NCBI GenBank assembly: GCA_944376905.1
Contig: CALWEA010000001.1
Coordinates: 144,487 to 208,486, forward strand
Direction of reading: 5' to 3'
DNA length: 64,000 nucleotides
Source: an uncultured Clostridia bacterium
Lineage (GTDB): Bacteria > Bacillota > Clostridia > Christensenellales > UBA1242
The position numbers were made by a program, and so were the translations under genes. The notes under the pieces are model-generated. The model saw only the letters and a list, made by a program, of their open reading frames with translations. It did not search any database and was not told where the DNA came from. Numbering within the stretch: the stretch's first letter is position 1; each line of letters starts with the position of its first letter. Of the stretch, positions 1 through 9,418 are shown piece after piece.

Positions 1-2395
1 CACTAGATTGTTTTTGAATTCCAGAAAAAGTTTGTTTTAAATTTGAAATTTCTGTTAAAATACCAAAACCATTTTGTTGAAATTCATCTAATGAATTTCC
101 ATTCATTTCTGCAACAAACCATTCTATGTTTTGATAGCCTGAAAGTGGGGCGGCACCTGAATTAATAACAGGTTGTAGTTCCAAATTAACGCTTGAATTT
201 TTTTCCAAAGAAAATGTTCCATTAGAAGAAACTTGTCCATTCATTGTTATATTGTAATATGGTGTCAAATTAAATTGGTTATTAACAAAAGTGTAAACTG
301 ATGTTAAAAGTTTAACAGTATTTCCGCCCCAAACTGGGTTTAAAGTTGGAATTGATTCAAAATTCCATTTATCAAAACTAGCAACTTTTAATTCAGATAT
401 TGTGCAGTCAAAAGTTGTTTCGTTAAGATTTTCCATAATTGCGGTTATTAACATTTCGCATTCAGGTTGCCAACCAATAAAATTTTTATTATTATCTAAA
501 CGGCCATAATAATCAACTGGTTTACTTGGTGCATCAACGCTATAACCTAAAAATTTAATATCAGTATTAGAATTAACAGCAATCAATGGACTTTGTGATG
601 TTAATAAAACTGATTTGAAAGTTAATTGAGATGGTGATTTGTCATATAAAACACTATTAGTGCTTGCCATATAATATTGTAATGTTGTTCCATTTCTGTT
701 TATATTAACGGGATAAGCATTAGTATAATTAACATTTAAAGTGGCGCCATTTTTTAATTTGAGTGCTTGACTTTCCGTTAAAACGAATGAGGGTGTATTT
801 ATAATTTCTGTTGAAGTGTTATCGCCACTTATTTCATAATATGGAAGACCAATTTCTGTTATATATTGTGAATTATAATTTTGTGGAACTTGACTGTTAA
901 CAACAATATCTTTTGAAATAGTTTGTCCTGGGGTTAAGCGAATTTCCTGAGTTGAAATTCTTTTTGCCTGAACGTCAGTTGCTGTTATATCATATATATA
1001 TTCTTCAAGCGTGGTGGTTATAGTTGTTGTTATTGTGTTAACATCAATCAAGAAATGTCCTTGACGGGCTTTATCTGTAAAAATATCATTAACTTGAAAA
1101 GAATAAGATGTAGTGTCTAAATTTTTTTCAAAATAACCAAAGTCATTTCCTTGTGGGTTGTAATTATTGTCATAAACAGGTTGATAAACTTTAACATTAG
1201 TCAATTTATAATCAGTATTAGCATTTATTGTTATAATTGGGTTTTCGCCAAGTGAGAAAACTTGTTGTCCGTTTGGATATATTATAGTTGCGTTGAGAAC
1301 ATTTCCATTGCTAAAAGACTTATTTCCAACACCTTTAAGAACATAATTATTTCCTTGTAAAATCCATTTATCTGCACTTATATTTCCAGAATCATTTATA
1401 AATCCACTCTCAAAAGTTGATAACATATAAACTTCTTGAGGAGATGAGTGATATCTTAAATAATAGTACCAAATACTTTGATTTTCTTGTTCTTTGTAGT
1501 AGGAGTATCTAAACTCAATTAAACTACTATAAGCATCAGCAACAAATTGATAACCAAAGGCATAACAATATTCAAAATATATATAGTTATCAGATAAACT
1601 ATTATATCCACCAACTAAACTACCAAAAAGAATGTTATTTGAGATAGTTGTTGGTTTTGTTATATTATCAATTCCACAACTTTTACAATATGTTCCTGTT
1701 GAATTAAAACTACCAATTAATCCACCAATATAAACATTATATGCAGAACTATCACTTTTTACTTGAAAATTAATTCCAGAAACATAGACATTTTCAATAG
1801 TGCATTGATTTTTTGTGTATCCAGCAACTGCTCCTATATATGTTTCATTATCAACTGTGAAATTTGCTTGAACGTTTCTAATTTGCAGATTTTTTATAGT
1901 TGCATTTTTAATAAATCCAAAAAGTCCGTTATATGCGAAAGTGTGATATAGGGTCAAATTGGAAACTGTGTAGCCGTTGCCATCAAAATAACCTGAAAAT
2001 GCTCGAGCGCTAGTTTCGTTTGGAACACCGATATAGGATTCTATTCCAATGGGAACCCACCAAGAATTTTCGGTTAAACTAGAAAAATCTATGTTGTTAG
2101 TCATGATAAAATATTGGTTAGAATAAGAATATCCTTCGTTATTGACCATATTACTTAAAGTAACCATGTCTTGAAGAGAGGATATTTTATAAGGGTCTTG
2201 TTTAGAACCCGTTCCGCCACTGTAATTTGAGTTTAAAACTTCACTATTTGATGACAAAGTGTTGATTGTAGTTTGGTTTAATTTTAATTGATTATTTGAA
2301 TTGTAACCAAATAAGATAAAAACACTTGTCAAGATTAGCGAACAAATAACAAAAAAACATATTATGGTGAATAAAAATTTTTTCTGATGTAGCAT
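1..2395 (-). CDS. Large secreted/cell-surface beta-helix repeat protein (GLUG-motif-like, adhesin/IgA-protease-N-terminal-like); partial, C-terminus lies left of the window
   Basis: Absent from the ORF track because the frame runs off the window edge. Minus strand from ATG at 2395 (RBS GGAG at 2402-2405) reads MLHQKKFLFTIICFFVICSLILTSVFILFGYN (signal/anchor), then GSKQDPYKISSLQDMVTLSNMVNNEGYSYSNQYFIMTNNIDFS...WVPIG...FSGYFDGNGYTVSNLTL...YNGLFGFIKNATIKNLQIRNV, the pattern I associate with GLUG-type beta-helix surface proteins. Confidence 0.8.
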   Translation of the reverse strand, partial: MLHQKKFLFTIICFFVICSLILTSVFILFGYNSNNQLKLNQTTINTLSSNSEVLNSNYSGGTGSKQDPYKISSLQDMVTLSNMVNNEGYSYSNQYFIMTNNIDFSSLTENSWWVPIGIESYIGVPNETSARAFSGYFDGNGYTVSNLTLYHTFAYNGLFGFIKNATIKNLQIRNVQANFTVDNETYIGAVAGYTKNQCTIENVYVSGINFQVKSDSSAYNVYIGGLIGSFNSTGTYCKSCGIDNITKPTTISNNILFGSLVGGYNSLSDNYIYFEYCYAFGYQFVADAYSSLIEFRYSYYKEQENQSIWYYYLRYHSSPQEVYMLSTFESGFINDSGNISADKWILQGNNYVLKGVGNKSFSNGNVLNATIIYPNGQQVFSLGENPIITINANTDYKLTNVKVYQPVYDNNYNPQGNDFGYFEKNLDTTSYSFQVNDIFTDKARQGHFLIDVNTITTTITTTLEEYIYDITATDVQAKRISTQEIRLTPGQTISKDIVVNSQVPQNYNSQYITEIGLPYYEISGDNTSTEIINTPSFVLTESQALKLKNGATLNVNYTNAYPVNINRNGTTLQYYMASTNSVLYDKSPSQLTFKSVLLTSQSPLIAVNSNTDIKFLGYSVDAPSKPVDYYGRLDNNKNFIGWQPECEMLITAIMENLNETTFDCTISELKVASFDKWNFESIPTLNPVWGGNTVKLLTSVYTFVNNQFNLTPYYNITMNGQVSSNGTFSLEKNSSVNLELQPVINSGAAPLSGYQNIEWFVAEMNGNSLDEFQQNGFGILTEISNLKQTFSGIQKQSS

Positions 2396-3029
2396 AATTA
2401 ACTCCTTAATTTTTTACGTGCTATTAATCTACATAAATTTTTTAAGATTTTTAACCAAGTTAAAAAGTTTTGAATAGTTAAAAATTGTTTACAAAAAAGT
2501 TAAATTAAAAAGCAAAATTATTTGTTGATATAGCAGTAACTATTAATATAAATTGATAATACTTAATATAGTTTCTTGCATATTAAATATATTATACTCA
2601 ATATTGTGGCATATTTCAAGATATTTTTTCAAAATATTTTAAGTTTTGAGTTTATTTGAGTTTATATGATATTTATTAAAATTTTTATCAATATTTAACT
2701 ATTTAATAGAAAAAATAAAACATTTATGATATAATAAAAATGTATGATTAAAACAATTATTGAGAATTTATATGTGACAACGATTTTTTATAGTTTGTTA
2801 TAATTGTGCGTTAGAATATTAAAAAATAAGAATTTGTTACAAATTTTTCTTATGATTGTTTGATAAAATATTTGCTGTTCTTGTTTTTTTAAATATTAAA
2901 ATTATTCAAAATATTGTTTGTATTTTAATTTTTGTTAAAAAATTTTTCATTCTTTTAATTATTATAATTTTAATTTAGTTATAATATAACTTTAATTTAA
3001 TAATTAAAAGGGTAATTTTAAATATTTTT

Positions 3030-3092
3030 AAAAGTTAAATATTTAAAAAGGTAAATATTTTTAAAAGTTAAATATTTCAAAAGTTAAATATT
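3030..3092 (+). repeat. Four tandem direct repeats of AAAAG(T/G)TAAATATT, period 16-17 bp, 78-140 bp upstream of the response-regulator gene
   Basis: Units start at 3030, 3046, 3063 and 3079, followed by the palindrome GTTAAAAATTTTAAC (3093-3107). A single extra AAAAGTTAAAT copy is at 2495-2505. Confidence 0.85.
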
Positions 3093-3169
3093 GTTAAAAA
3101 TTTTAACTCAAACTTTAAGAAATATAAGGTCTTAAAGGTATCAAAAATATTAAAGGATAAGAAAGGTTT

Positions 3170-3850
3170 ATGAATAAAATATTGGTTATTGAAGATGATA
3201 AAATGCTTAATGAAATGATTGCTGAGATTTTAATAAAAAATGATTTTGAGGTTGATTGTTGTTTTAATGGTGAAATGGCCTTGAAAAAAATGGAGCATGA
3301 GTGTTATTCCTTAATTATTTCTGATATCATGATGCCTGTAATGGATGGATTTGATTTTATCAGTCAAGTAAGAAAAAACAATAAATTTTTGCCTGTTTTA
3401 TTTATTAGTGCAAAGTCTTCTTTTGAAGATAAACAAAAAGCATTTGAAAGCGGTATAGATGATTATATGGTTAAACCTGTTGATTTAAACGAATTATTAT
3501 TGCGTGTTAATGCATTATTGAGAAGAGCGAAAATTTCTGTTGATAAGAAAATAATTTTTGGAAAAACTGTTCTTGATTATGATTCTTTTGTTGTTTTAGT
3601 TGATAATAATCCTATAAATTTAACACAAAAAGAATTTTTATTACTTTTTAAATTACTCTCTTATCCTAATAAAATTTTTACTCGTCGACAATTAATGAAT
3701 GAAATTTGGGGATTGGAAAATGAAAAGACAGGAAGGACTGTTGATGTTCATATTACAAAACTTCGCGAAAAGTTTTCAAATAACAATGATTTTGAAATAG
3801 TAACAATTCATGGTTTGGGTTATAAAGCAATCAAAAAAAGAATTATTTAA
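3170..3850 (+). CDS. OmpR/PhoB-family response regulator
   Basis: Receiver domain (N-terminal EDD, ...SDIMMPVMDG..., ...KPVD...) plus winged-helix output (LTQKEFLLLFKLL, GRTVDVHITKLREK, GLGYK). RBS AAAGG upstream of the ATG. Confidence 0.9.
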   Translation: MNKILVIEDDKMLNEMIAEILIKNDFEVDCCFNGEMALKKMEHECYSLIISDIMMPVMDGFDFISQVRKNNKFLPVLFISAKSSFEDKQKAFESGIDDYMVKPVDLNELLLRVNALLRRAKISVDKKIIFGKTVLDYDSFVVLVDNNPINLTQKEFLLLFKLLSYPNKIFTRRQLMNEIWGLENEKTGRTVDVHITKLREKFSNNNDFEIVTIHGLGYKAIKKRII

Positions 3851-3898
3851 TCTATAAAACAATAAAAAAATATTTGATTTATAAAGGAATTTTCAACT

Positions 3899-5164
3899 TT
3901 GGATAAAAAAATAAATTTTGGTTTAAAATTTTTAATTAAAAATAAAAAATATCAAAATAAAATAAAAAAAAGTAAGTATAACATTAAAAGAGCCTTTAAG
4001 AAATGTAAAATCAATCAAAAAGGGGATAATATACTTAAAAACAATTTAGATGTTAATTATATTATAAATAATCAAAAGAAATCAAACAAAAAAAGAAGGA
4101 AATCTTTTATTTTTAAATTAATTTTATTGGTTTTATCTGCCATTTTTGTTACTGTTGCCATTTATTCTTTTTTTTCTTATTTGTTTTTTAAAAACTTTGA
4201 ACAATATTTTTCGCAGTTTGAAATTTTGGGTATAAAAGCGAGTCCTATTATAATTTTGGTTTTTATATTTTTAATTAGTACATTATTAGGTTGTGTTTTA
4301 TCTTTAATTATGATTAAGGGTTTTTATAAGCCAATTAATAAATTAAAAAATGCTATGAATAAAGTTTCAAAAGGTGAGTTTGAGAAAGTTGAAAATAATA
4401 ATAGTGATGACGAGATTGCGGAACTTATTGAGATATACAACAAAATGGTTAGTGATTTGAAAAATATGGAAATAATTTCTAATGATTTTGTTTCTGCTGT
4501 GTCGCATGAAATAAAAACGCCTTTGAGTTCAATAAAAGGTTATGCGTCTATGTTAAAAAATCAAGATATTAGCAAAGATGAAAAATTAAAGTATATTAAT
4601 AAAATTTTAATAGCAACAGATAATTTGTCTAACTTAACTAATAACATATTAAATATTTCTAAAATAGAAAACACTGCTTTAATTAAAAATAAAAATTTTT
4701 CATTAGACGAACAACTTCGAGAATGTATTCTCCTTTTGGAAAATAAATGGTCAGAAAAAAATTTAAACTTAGTTATTAATATAGAACCTATTAATATTTT
4801 TTCTAATAAAGAACTTTGTCAAAGTGTTTTTGTCAATATTCTAGAAAATGCAATTAAATTTACACCAACTAACAAAAATATTAAAATTAATCTTTTTAAA
4901 ATTTGTAAAAATAGTAGTGATTATGCAGTTTTTGAAGTACATGATTCTGGGGTTGGTATTTCTCAAAAGAATTTAACTAGGATTTTTGATAAATTTTTTC
5001 AAGCCGATTCATCAAGAATGACAGAAGGTAATGGTCTGGGACTTGCTTTGGTTAAAAAAATAATGGATAGATTAAATGGTATAATTGAAGCTGAAAGTTC
5101 GCTTGGAATTGGAAGTTGTTTTAAAGTATATTTTCCCTTAAATAAAAAAAATAAAAAATCTTAA
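3899..5164 (+). CDS. Sensor histidine kinase (HisKA + HATPase_c), partner of the preceding regulator
   Basis: H-box SAVSHEIKTPLSSIKGY, N-box ILENAIKFTP, G-boxes HDSGVGI and GNGLGLALVKKIM, with two hydrophobic helices before a HAMP-like linker. TTG start after AAAGGA. The start is uncertain (Lys-rich 70-aa N-terminus). Confidence 0.85.
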   Translation: MDKKINFGLKFLIKNKKYQNKIKKSKYNIKRAFKKCKINQKGDNILKNNLDVNYIINNQKKSNKKRRKSFIFKLILLVLSAIFVTVAIYSFFSYLFFKNFEQYFSQFEILGIKASPIIILVFIFLISTLLGCVLSLIMIKGFYKPINKLKNAMNKVSKGEFEKVENNNSDDEIAELIEIYNKMVSDLKNMEIISNDFVSAVSHEIKTPLSSIKGYASMLKNQDISKDEKLKYINKILIATDNLSNLTNNILNISKIENTALIKNKNFSLDEQLRECILLLENKWSEKNLNLVINIEPINIFSNKELCQSVFVNILENAIKFTPTNKNIKINLFKICKNSSDYAVFEVHDSGVGISQKNLTRIFDKFFQADSSRMTEGNGLGLALVKKIMDRLNGIIEAESSLGIGSCFKVYFPLNKKNKKS

Positions 5165-5184
5165 AGATTTATATTAAGATTTTT
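5154..5184 (+). terminator. Intrinsic terminator hairpin of the kinase gene (copy 1 of a duplicated 31-nt hairpin)
   Basis: AAAAATCTTAA / 9-nt loop / TTAAGATTTTT, a perfect 11-bp stem overlapping the stop codon. Confidence 0.6.
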
Positions 5185-5303
5185 CAGAGTGAAAACAAAT
5201 TCAAATTTGTACATTGCTATACACAATATATGCTAATTTAATAATTAAAATTTTATATATTTAGTGTGTTATATGTGCAATAGTTTAGTTTTTCTACAGC
5301 CTG

Positions 5304-5336
5304 AAAAATCTTAAAGATTTACATTAAGATTTTTTT
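5304..5336 (-). terminator. Intrinsic terminator hairpin downstream of the DUF378 gene (copy 2 of the same hairpin)
   Basis: Same AAAAATCTTAA ... TTAAGATTTTT stem with one loop substitution. A/T runs on both sides, so it can work in either direction. Confidence 0.55.
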
Positions 5337-5357
5337 ATATGATAATTTATTTTTTTA

Positions 5358-5576
5358 TTATTTTTCTTCCATAAATTTAAGTCCACGATTATATATTGCA
5401 GAAAATATAAGCCAAAGTGCACTTAAACCAACTAGAATATAAATTATTCTGCTTCCAACACTTGTTGTTGAACCAAATATGCCGGCAACTAAATCAAAAT
5501 TAAATATTCCAACACATAGCCAGTTTAAACCACCTATTAATAATATTATAAATGTTATTAAATTTGCTATTCTCAT
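5358..5576 (-). CDS. DUF378 (YuzA-like) small membrane protein
   Basis: 72 aa, two TM helices, and the signature GGLNWLCVGIFNFDLVAGIFG typical of DUF378. Confidence 0.75.
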   Translation of the reverse strand: MRIANLITFIILLIGGLNWLCVGIFNFDLVAGIFGSTTSVGSRIIYILVGLSALWLIFSAIYNRGLKFMEEK

Positions 5577-6070
5577 AATGTTAACCTCCTTACAAATAGA
5601 ATGTATTAAATATTATTTTTTATGCAATTTTTATTTTTATAATTTAAACAAATTGTGTTTTTATTTGATAAATATTTTATTTATTAATTTTGATAATTTT
5701 TTGATATTTTTTGTTTTTATAAATAATTTTTATTTTACATATTAATTTTTTTATTAATAAATTTTTTTACATATTAATTTTGTTTTTATTAATAATTTAA
5801 TTTCAAATATTAATTTTGATTAAATTAAGATTTTTTTATAATAAATTAATGTATTTTTTAATTTTTTTATATTAAATAAAAATAAAAAAATAGTTGGTTA
5901 TTATTGATATTTTTAAATTTTTTATTTATAATGAATTTAATAATTTTGAAATATTGTAACATTTTATTCAATAAAATTGCTATTATTATAAAAATGTTAA
6001 ATTATTTTTGTATCTAATAATCTTAAAATTTAAATTAAATTATAATTGAAATTAAGATGGTGGATTTATA

Positions 6071-7573
6071 GTGAAAAATATAAGTAACAATCAAGTAGTA
6101 GTTGAAATTCAAAATTTAGGAATGAACGGGGAAGGAGTTGCCAGATTTAATGGTAAGGTTTTATTTATTCCTTTTGCTTTGAAGGGAGAAATAGTGCTCG
6201 CAGAAATTGTTAAAAATAAATCTAATTTTGCTATTGGTAAAATTATTGAAATTTTGAAATCTTCGCAATACAGAATAAAACCCCAATGTCCTTATTTTAT
6301 GGAATGTGGTGGATGTTCTCTTCAACATTTAAAGTATAATCAGCAATTAGATTTTAAAACTAATTTAGTTTGTGAAACAATTCAAAAAATTTGTAAAATC
6401 AGTGTTAATGTTTGTTCTTGTGTTCCAAGTTTATTAGATTTTAATTATAGAAATAAAATAACTTTATATTTTGGATTGTTAAATAATAAAGTTATTTTGG
6501 GATATTATCATGAAAAAACTAAAAACCTTATTTCTATTGAAGAATGTTATTTAGCACCATCGTGGTTTATGATAGTTATTAAAACTATTATTGATTTTGT
6601 TGATTCTAATAATATAAGAATTTATAATTACTTAAATAAAACTGGTTATTTAAAAGGTGTAAGTGTTAAAATTGTTGGTACTTCCATCTTAATAACCTTT
6701 ATTAGTTTCTCTAAAATTAATTTAAAAGTAAATTTATTAGTTGATGAATTAATCAACAAATTAAAGTTATACAAGATTAATAATGTTTCTATTTTTTTAA
6801 ACGTTAATTCAAAAGAAGATACAAATTTTTTAACAACTGAAAATTATGTTATTTATGGAAATAATTTTGTTGATTATAATCAATTCGGTTTGACTAACAA
6901 AATTGGAAATTTAAGTTTTTGCCAAGTTAATAATGACATAAAAGACAAATTATATCATAGTGTTTTAGAACAGATAAATAATGATGATTTTGTTATAGAT
7001 GCGTTTAGTGGAACAGGGCAACTTTCCGCGTTATTAGCAACAAAAGCCAAAAAAGTTATAGGAATTGAAATAGTTAAACAAGCATGGGAAAGTGCTGAAA
7101 TTTTAAAAAAAGAAAATGGTTTGTTTAATTTGGAAAATATTAATGGTGATTGTGAAATTGTTTTACCTCAATTATTGCAAAATTTAAATCTTTTACATAA
7201 AAATAATTATGTTGATGCGGGTAGTAGAAATAATCAGTGCAATAATGTAAGAGATGGTTTTTTCAATAATTATTTTGAAGTTAAAAACGATAAATCTGTT
7301 AATAAAAATACTGGCAATATTGTTTTAGTTCTCGATCCGCCAAGAGTTGGGGTTTTGGATAATGTTTTAAAAGCAATTAACAAATGTTCACAAAAAAACA
7401 ATAACTCTCTTGTTAAAATAAATAAAATTATTTATATTTCTTGTAATCCTGTTAGTTTGGCTAAAAACTTAAATTCTTTATTAGAAAATTTCAAAATAGA
7501 AAAAATTGTACCTTTTGATATGTTTCCTCAAACATCAAAAGTTGAAACATTAGTTATTTTAAAATCTCGTTAG
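6071..7573 (+). CDS. 23S rRNA (uracil-C5)-methyltransferase, RumA/RlmD/TrmA family
   Basis: TRAM-like N-terminus, Fe-S cysteine cluster CPYFMECGGCSLQH, SAM-MTase motifs DAFSGTGQLS, LDPPRVG, ISCNP. GTG start. Carries an N-rich insertion (about 7187-7322). Confidence 0.85.
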   Translation: MKNISNNQVVVEIQNLGMNGEGVARFNGKVLFIPFALKGEIVLAEIVKNKSNFAIGKIIEILKSSQYRIKPQCPYFMECGGCSLQHLKYNQQLDFKTNLVCETIQKICKISVNVCSCVPSLLDFNYRNKITLYFGLLNNKVILGYYHEKTKNLISIEECYLAPSWFMIVIKTIIDFVDSNNIRIYNYLNKTGYLKGVSVKIVGTSILITFISFSKINLKVNLLVDELINKLKLYKINNVSIFLNVNSKEDTNFLTTENYVIYGNNFVDYNQFGLTNKIGNLSFCQVNNDIKDKLYHSVLEQINNDDFVIDAFSGTGQLSALLATKAKKVIGIEIVKQAWESAEILKKENGLFNLENINGDCEIVLPQLLQNLNLLHKNNYVDAGSRNNQCNNVRDGFFNNYFEVKNDKSVNKNTGNIVLVLDPPRVGVLDNVLKAINKCSQKNNNSLVKINKIIYISCNPVSLAKNLNSLLENFKIEKIVPFDMFPQTSKVETLVILKSR

Positions 7574-7599
7574 ATAAAAAAACAACCTCTTTCGAGGTT
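7574..7599 (-). terminator. Terminator after the initiator tRNA (shared convergent terminator with the methyltransferase gene)
   Basis: AACCTC-tttc-GAGGTT hairpin. On the minus strand it is followed by GTTTTTTTAT. Confidence 0.6.
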
Positions 7600-7602
7600 T
7601 AA

Positions 7603-7679
7603 TGGTTGCGGGAGGTGGATTTGAACCACCGACCTTTGGGTTATGAGCCCAACGAGCTGCCGGACTGCTCTATCCCGCG
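7603..7679 (-). tRNA. Initiator tRNA-fMet (anticodon CAT)
   Basis: Reverse complement is CGCGGGATAGAGCAGTCCGGCAGCTCGTTGGGCTCATAACCCAAAGGTCGGTGGTTCAAATCCACCTCCCGCAACCA. It forms a cloverleaf with a C1:A72 mismatch and three consecutive G-C pairs in the anticodon stem, both initiator hallmarks. CCA is encoded. Confidence 0.95.
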
Positions 7680-8021
7680 ATATTTAAAACAATTACTGTT
7701 AACAAAATGCGTTTTTTATTTATTATTTTATATGCAACATATTTTTTCATTTCAATTTGAAACTAAAAATAATACTAATTAATAAATTAATAAATAAAAA
7801 ACCATTAAATCATTAACATGTTTAAGAATATCATATAAAAATTGGTTTGTCAATAGTTTTTATGTAATTTTTATAATTTACTTTTTTTATTTTTTTAAAA
7901 ATTCATACTGTGATTTATTTTATTTTTCATTTTTTATTTTTTTATTATTCGTAGTTATTAAATTTATTGCGTTTTATTTTTTTAACTTGAAAATTTAATT
8001 TAAAAATGATATAATTTTCTT

Positions 8022-8843
8022 ATGAAAAAATTTTGTATTTTTGGTGGTGTAATACTTGGTATTTTAGTTGTTTTTGTTATTCTTTGTTTTACACTTTTTG
8101 GTTTATCTTCTATATCTATTAATTTTAAAACTTCAAGTTTGGTGTTTGATGAAAATTCTTATGATGAAATAATAGAAAATTCAGGTTTAAAACAAGGTTC
8201 ATGTGTTTTATTTTTAAACAAAAAACTTGCAGAAGAAAAATTGGAAAAACAATATCCATATTTGAAAATTATAAATATTGAAACAGTATTTCCAAATAAA
8301 GTAGTTATTCATTGCGCTGAAAGAGAAGAAGTTTTTGCAATTAATTTAAATAATAATAAATATGCAATATGTGATGAAAACTTGAAAGTTTTAAATATAA
8401 CAAATATTGAAAATTATGAAAGTGTTCAATCAAATCCAATATTATTAAATTTATTTTTAAATGAAACTCAACAAAATATTTCTGTAGGAGATGTTTTTAA
8501 TTTTTATGAAAATTCTTTAGATTTTTTAAAAAAGATAGGTGAGGCTTTTAAATTGAATAATCGTAGCATTGTTGAAATAAAAGGTCTAATTAAATCTATT
8601 GATATTGAATATATTCCCAGTGTTAATCAGTTTAAGAATTTACCCGCATTAGTTTTGCAAGATTTTCAAAATTATAAAACAAAAATTGTTGATAGTAACA
8701 ATTTACTACCAGAAAAAATTAGTGCTTATTTGGAAGTTTCTTCTCAACTAACTTTTCAAGATAAGCAAAATTCATATCTTTATATTTATCAAGATACTAA
8801 AACAGGAAAAATTATTTCTCATTTAGTTAAAGAAAATATTTAA
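8022..8843 (+). CDS. Cell-division protein DivIB/FtsQ-like (N-terminal TM + POTRA)
   Basis: Single N-terminal TM. POTRA-like segment ...ISINFKTSS...NSGLKQGSCVLFLNKKLAEEKLEKQYPYLKIINIETVFPNKVVIHCAEREEVFAI. Sits upstream of ftsA-ftsZ. Confidence 0.55.
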   Translation: MKKFCIFGGVILGILVVFVILCFTLFGLSSISINFKTSSLVFDENSYDEIIENSGLKQGSCVLFLNKKLAEEKLEKQYPYLKIINIETVFPNKVVIHCAEREEVFAINLNNNKYAICDENLKVLNITNIENYESVQSNPILLNLFLNETQQNISVGDVFNFYENSLDFLKKIGEAFKLNNRSIVEIKGLIKSIDIEYIPSVNQFKNLPALVLQDFQNYKTKIVDSNNLLPEKISAYLEVSSQLTFQDKQNSYLYIYQDTKTGKIISHLVKENI

Positions 8844-9037
8844 TATTATAGTTTAAAATATTAAAAAAAGATTATTTCAATTTTATAATTAAATAATTTA
8901 TTAAAACATATTTTATAAAAATCTATAAAAAGTTTTAAATTATGATAATAATTTTTTTTATTTTATTATCAAAATTCTTTTTTTATCTTTTTTTATCTTT
9001 GTTTTTATGTAAGATATAAAATAATATAAATTATGTA

Positions 9038-9066
9038 TTGACAAATTCAAGTAAGTGGTTTATAAT
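9038..9066 (+). promoter_or_regulatory. Perfect-consensus sigma-A promoter (TTGACA-17-TATAAT) about 350 nt upstream of ftsA
   Basis: TTGACA 9038-9043, 17-nt spacer, TATAAT 9061-9066. Confidence 0.7.
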
Positions 9067-9418
9067 TATAAAAAAAATATATAATTATGCAAAATTTCTC
9101 TTTTTGCTCACTTTATATTTTTTTATTAAAAGTCATGTTTGTAATAATTTAAGGCAAATAAATTATCTATTATGTTGTATTTATTTTTTATTAAAAATTA
9201 AACAAGATTTGTAACAAGATTTGTATTTGTATCAATAAAGTTTTATTGTAGTTGTTGTCAATAAAGTTTTATTATAGAAAAGGTTTTTAAAGATATAAAT
9301 ATAAAAAATTCTATTTAGAAAAAATTAATATCAAATATAACTTATAAAGTTAAGGTGTCTAAATTTTATGATGAACTAAATAGTTGATTTTTATAAATTT
9401 TAGGAGGAAAAACCAAAG

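Noticed and set aside
5479-5745. AT-rich intergenic or antisense ORFs (5479-5745, 1763-1951, 14097-14297, 15514-15765, 16329-16514, 16608-16820, 17666-17935, 31158-31406, 55375-55596, 57626-57850, 59502-59684, 59805-60038)
   Set aside because: They translate to F/I/L/N/K-rich strings expected from random AT-rich sequence, overlap better-supported genes or terminators, and lack ribosome-binding sites.
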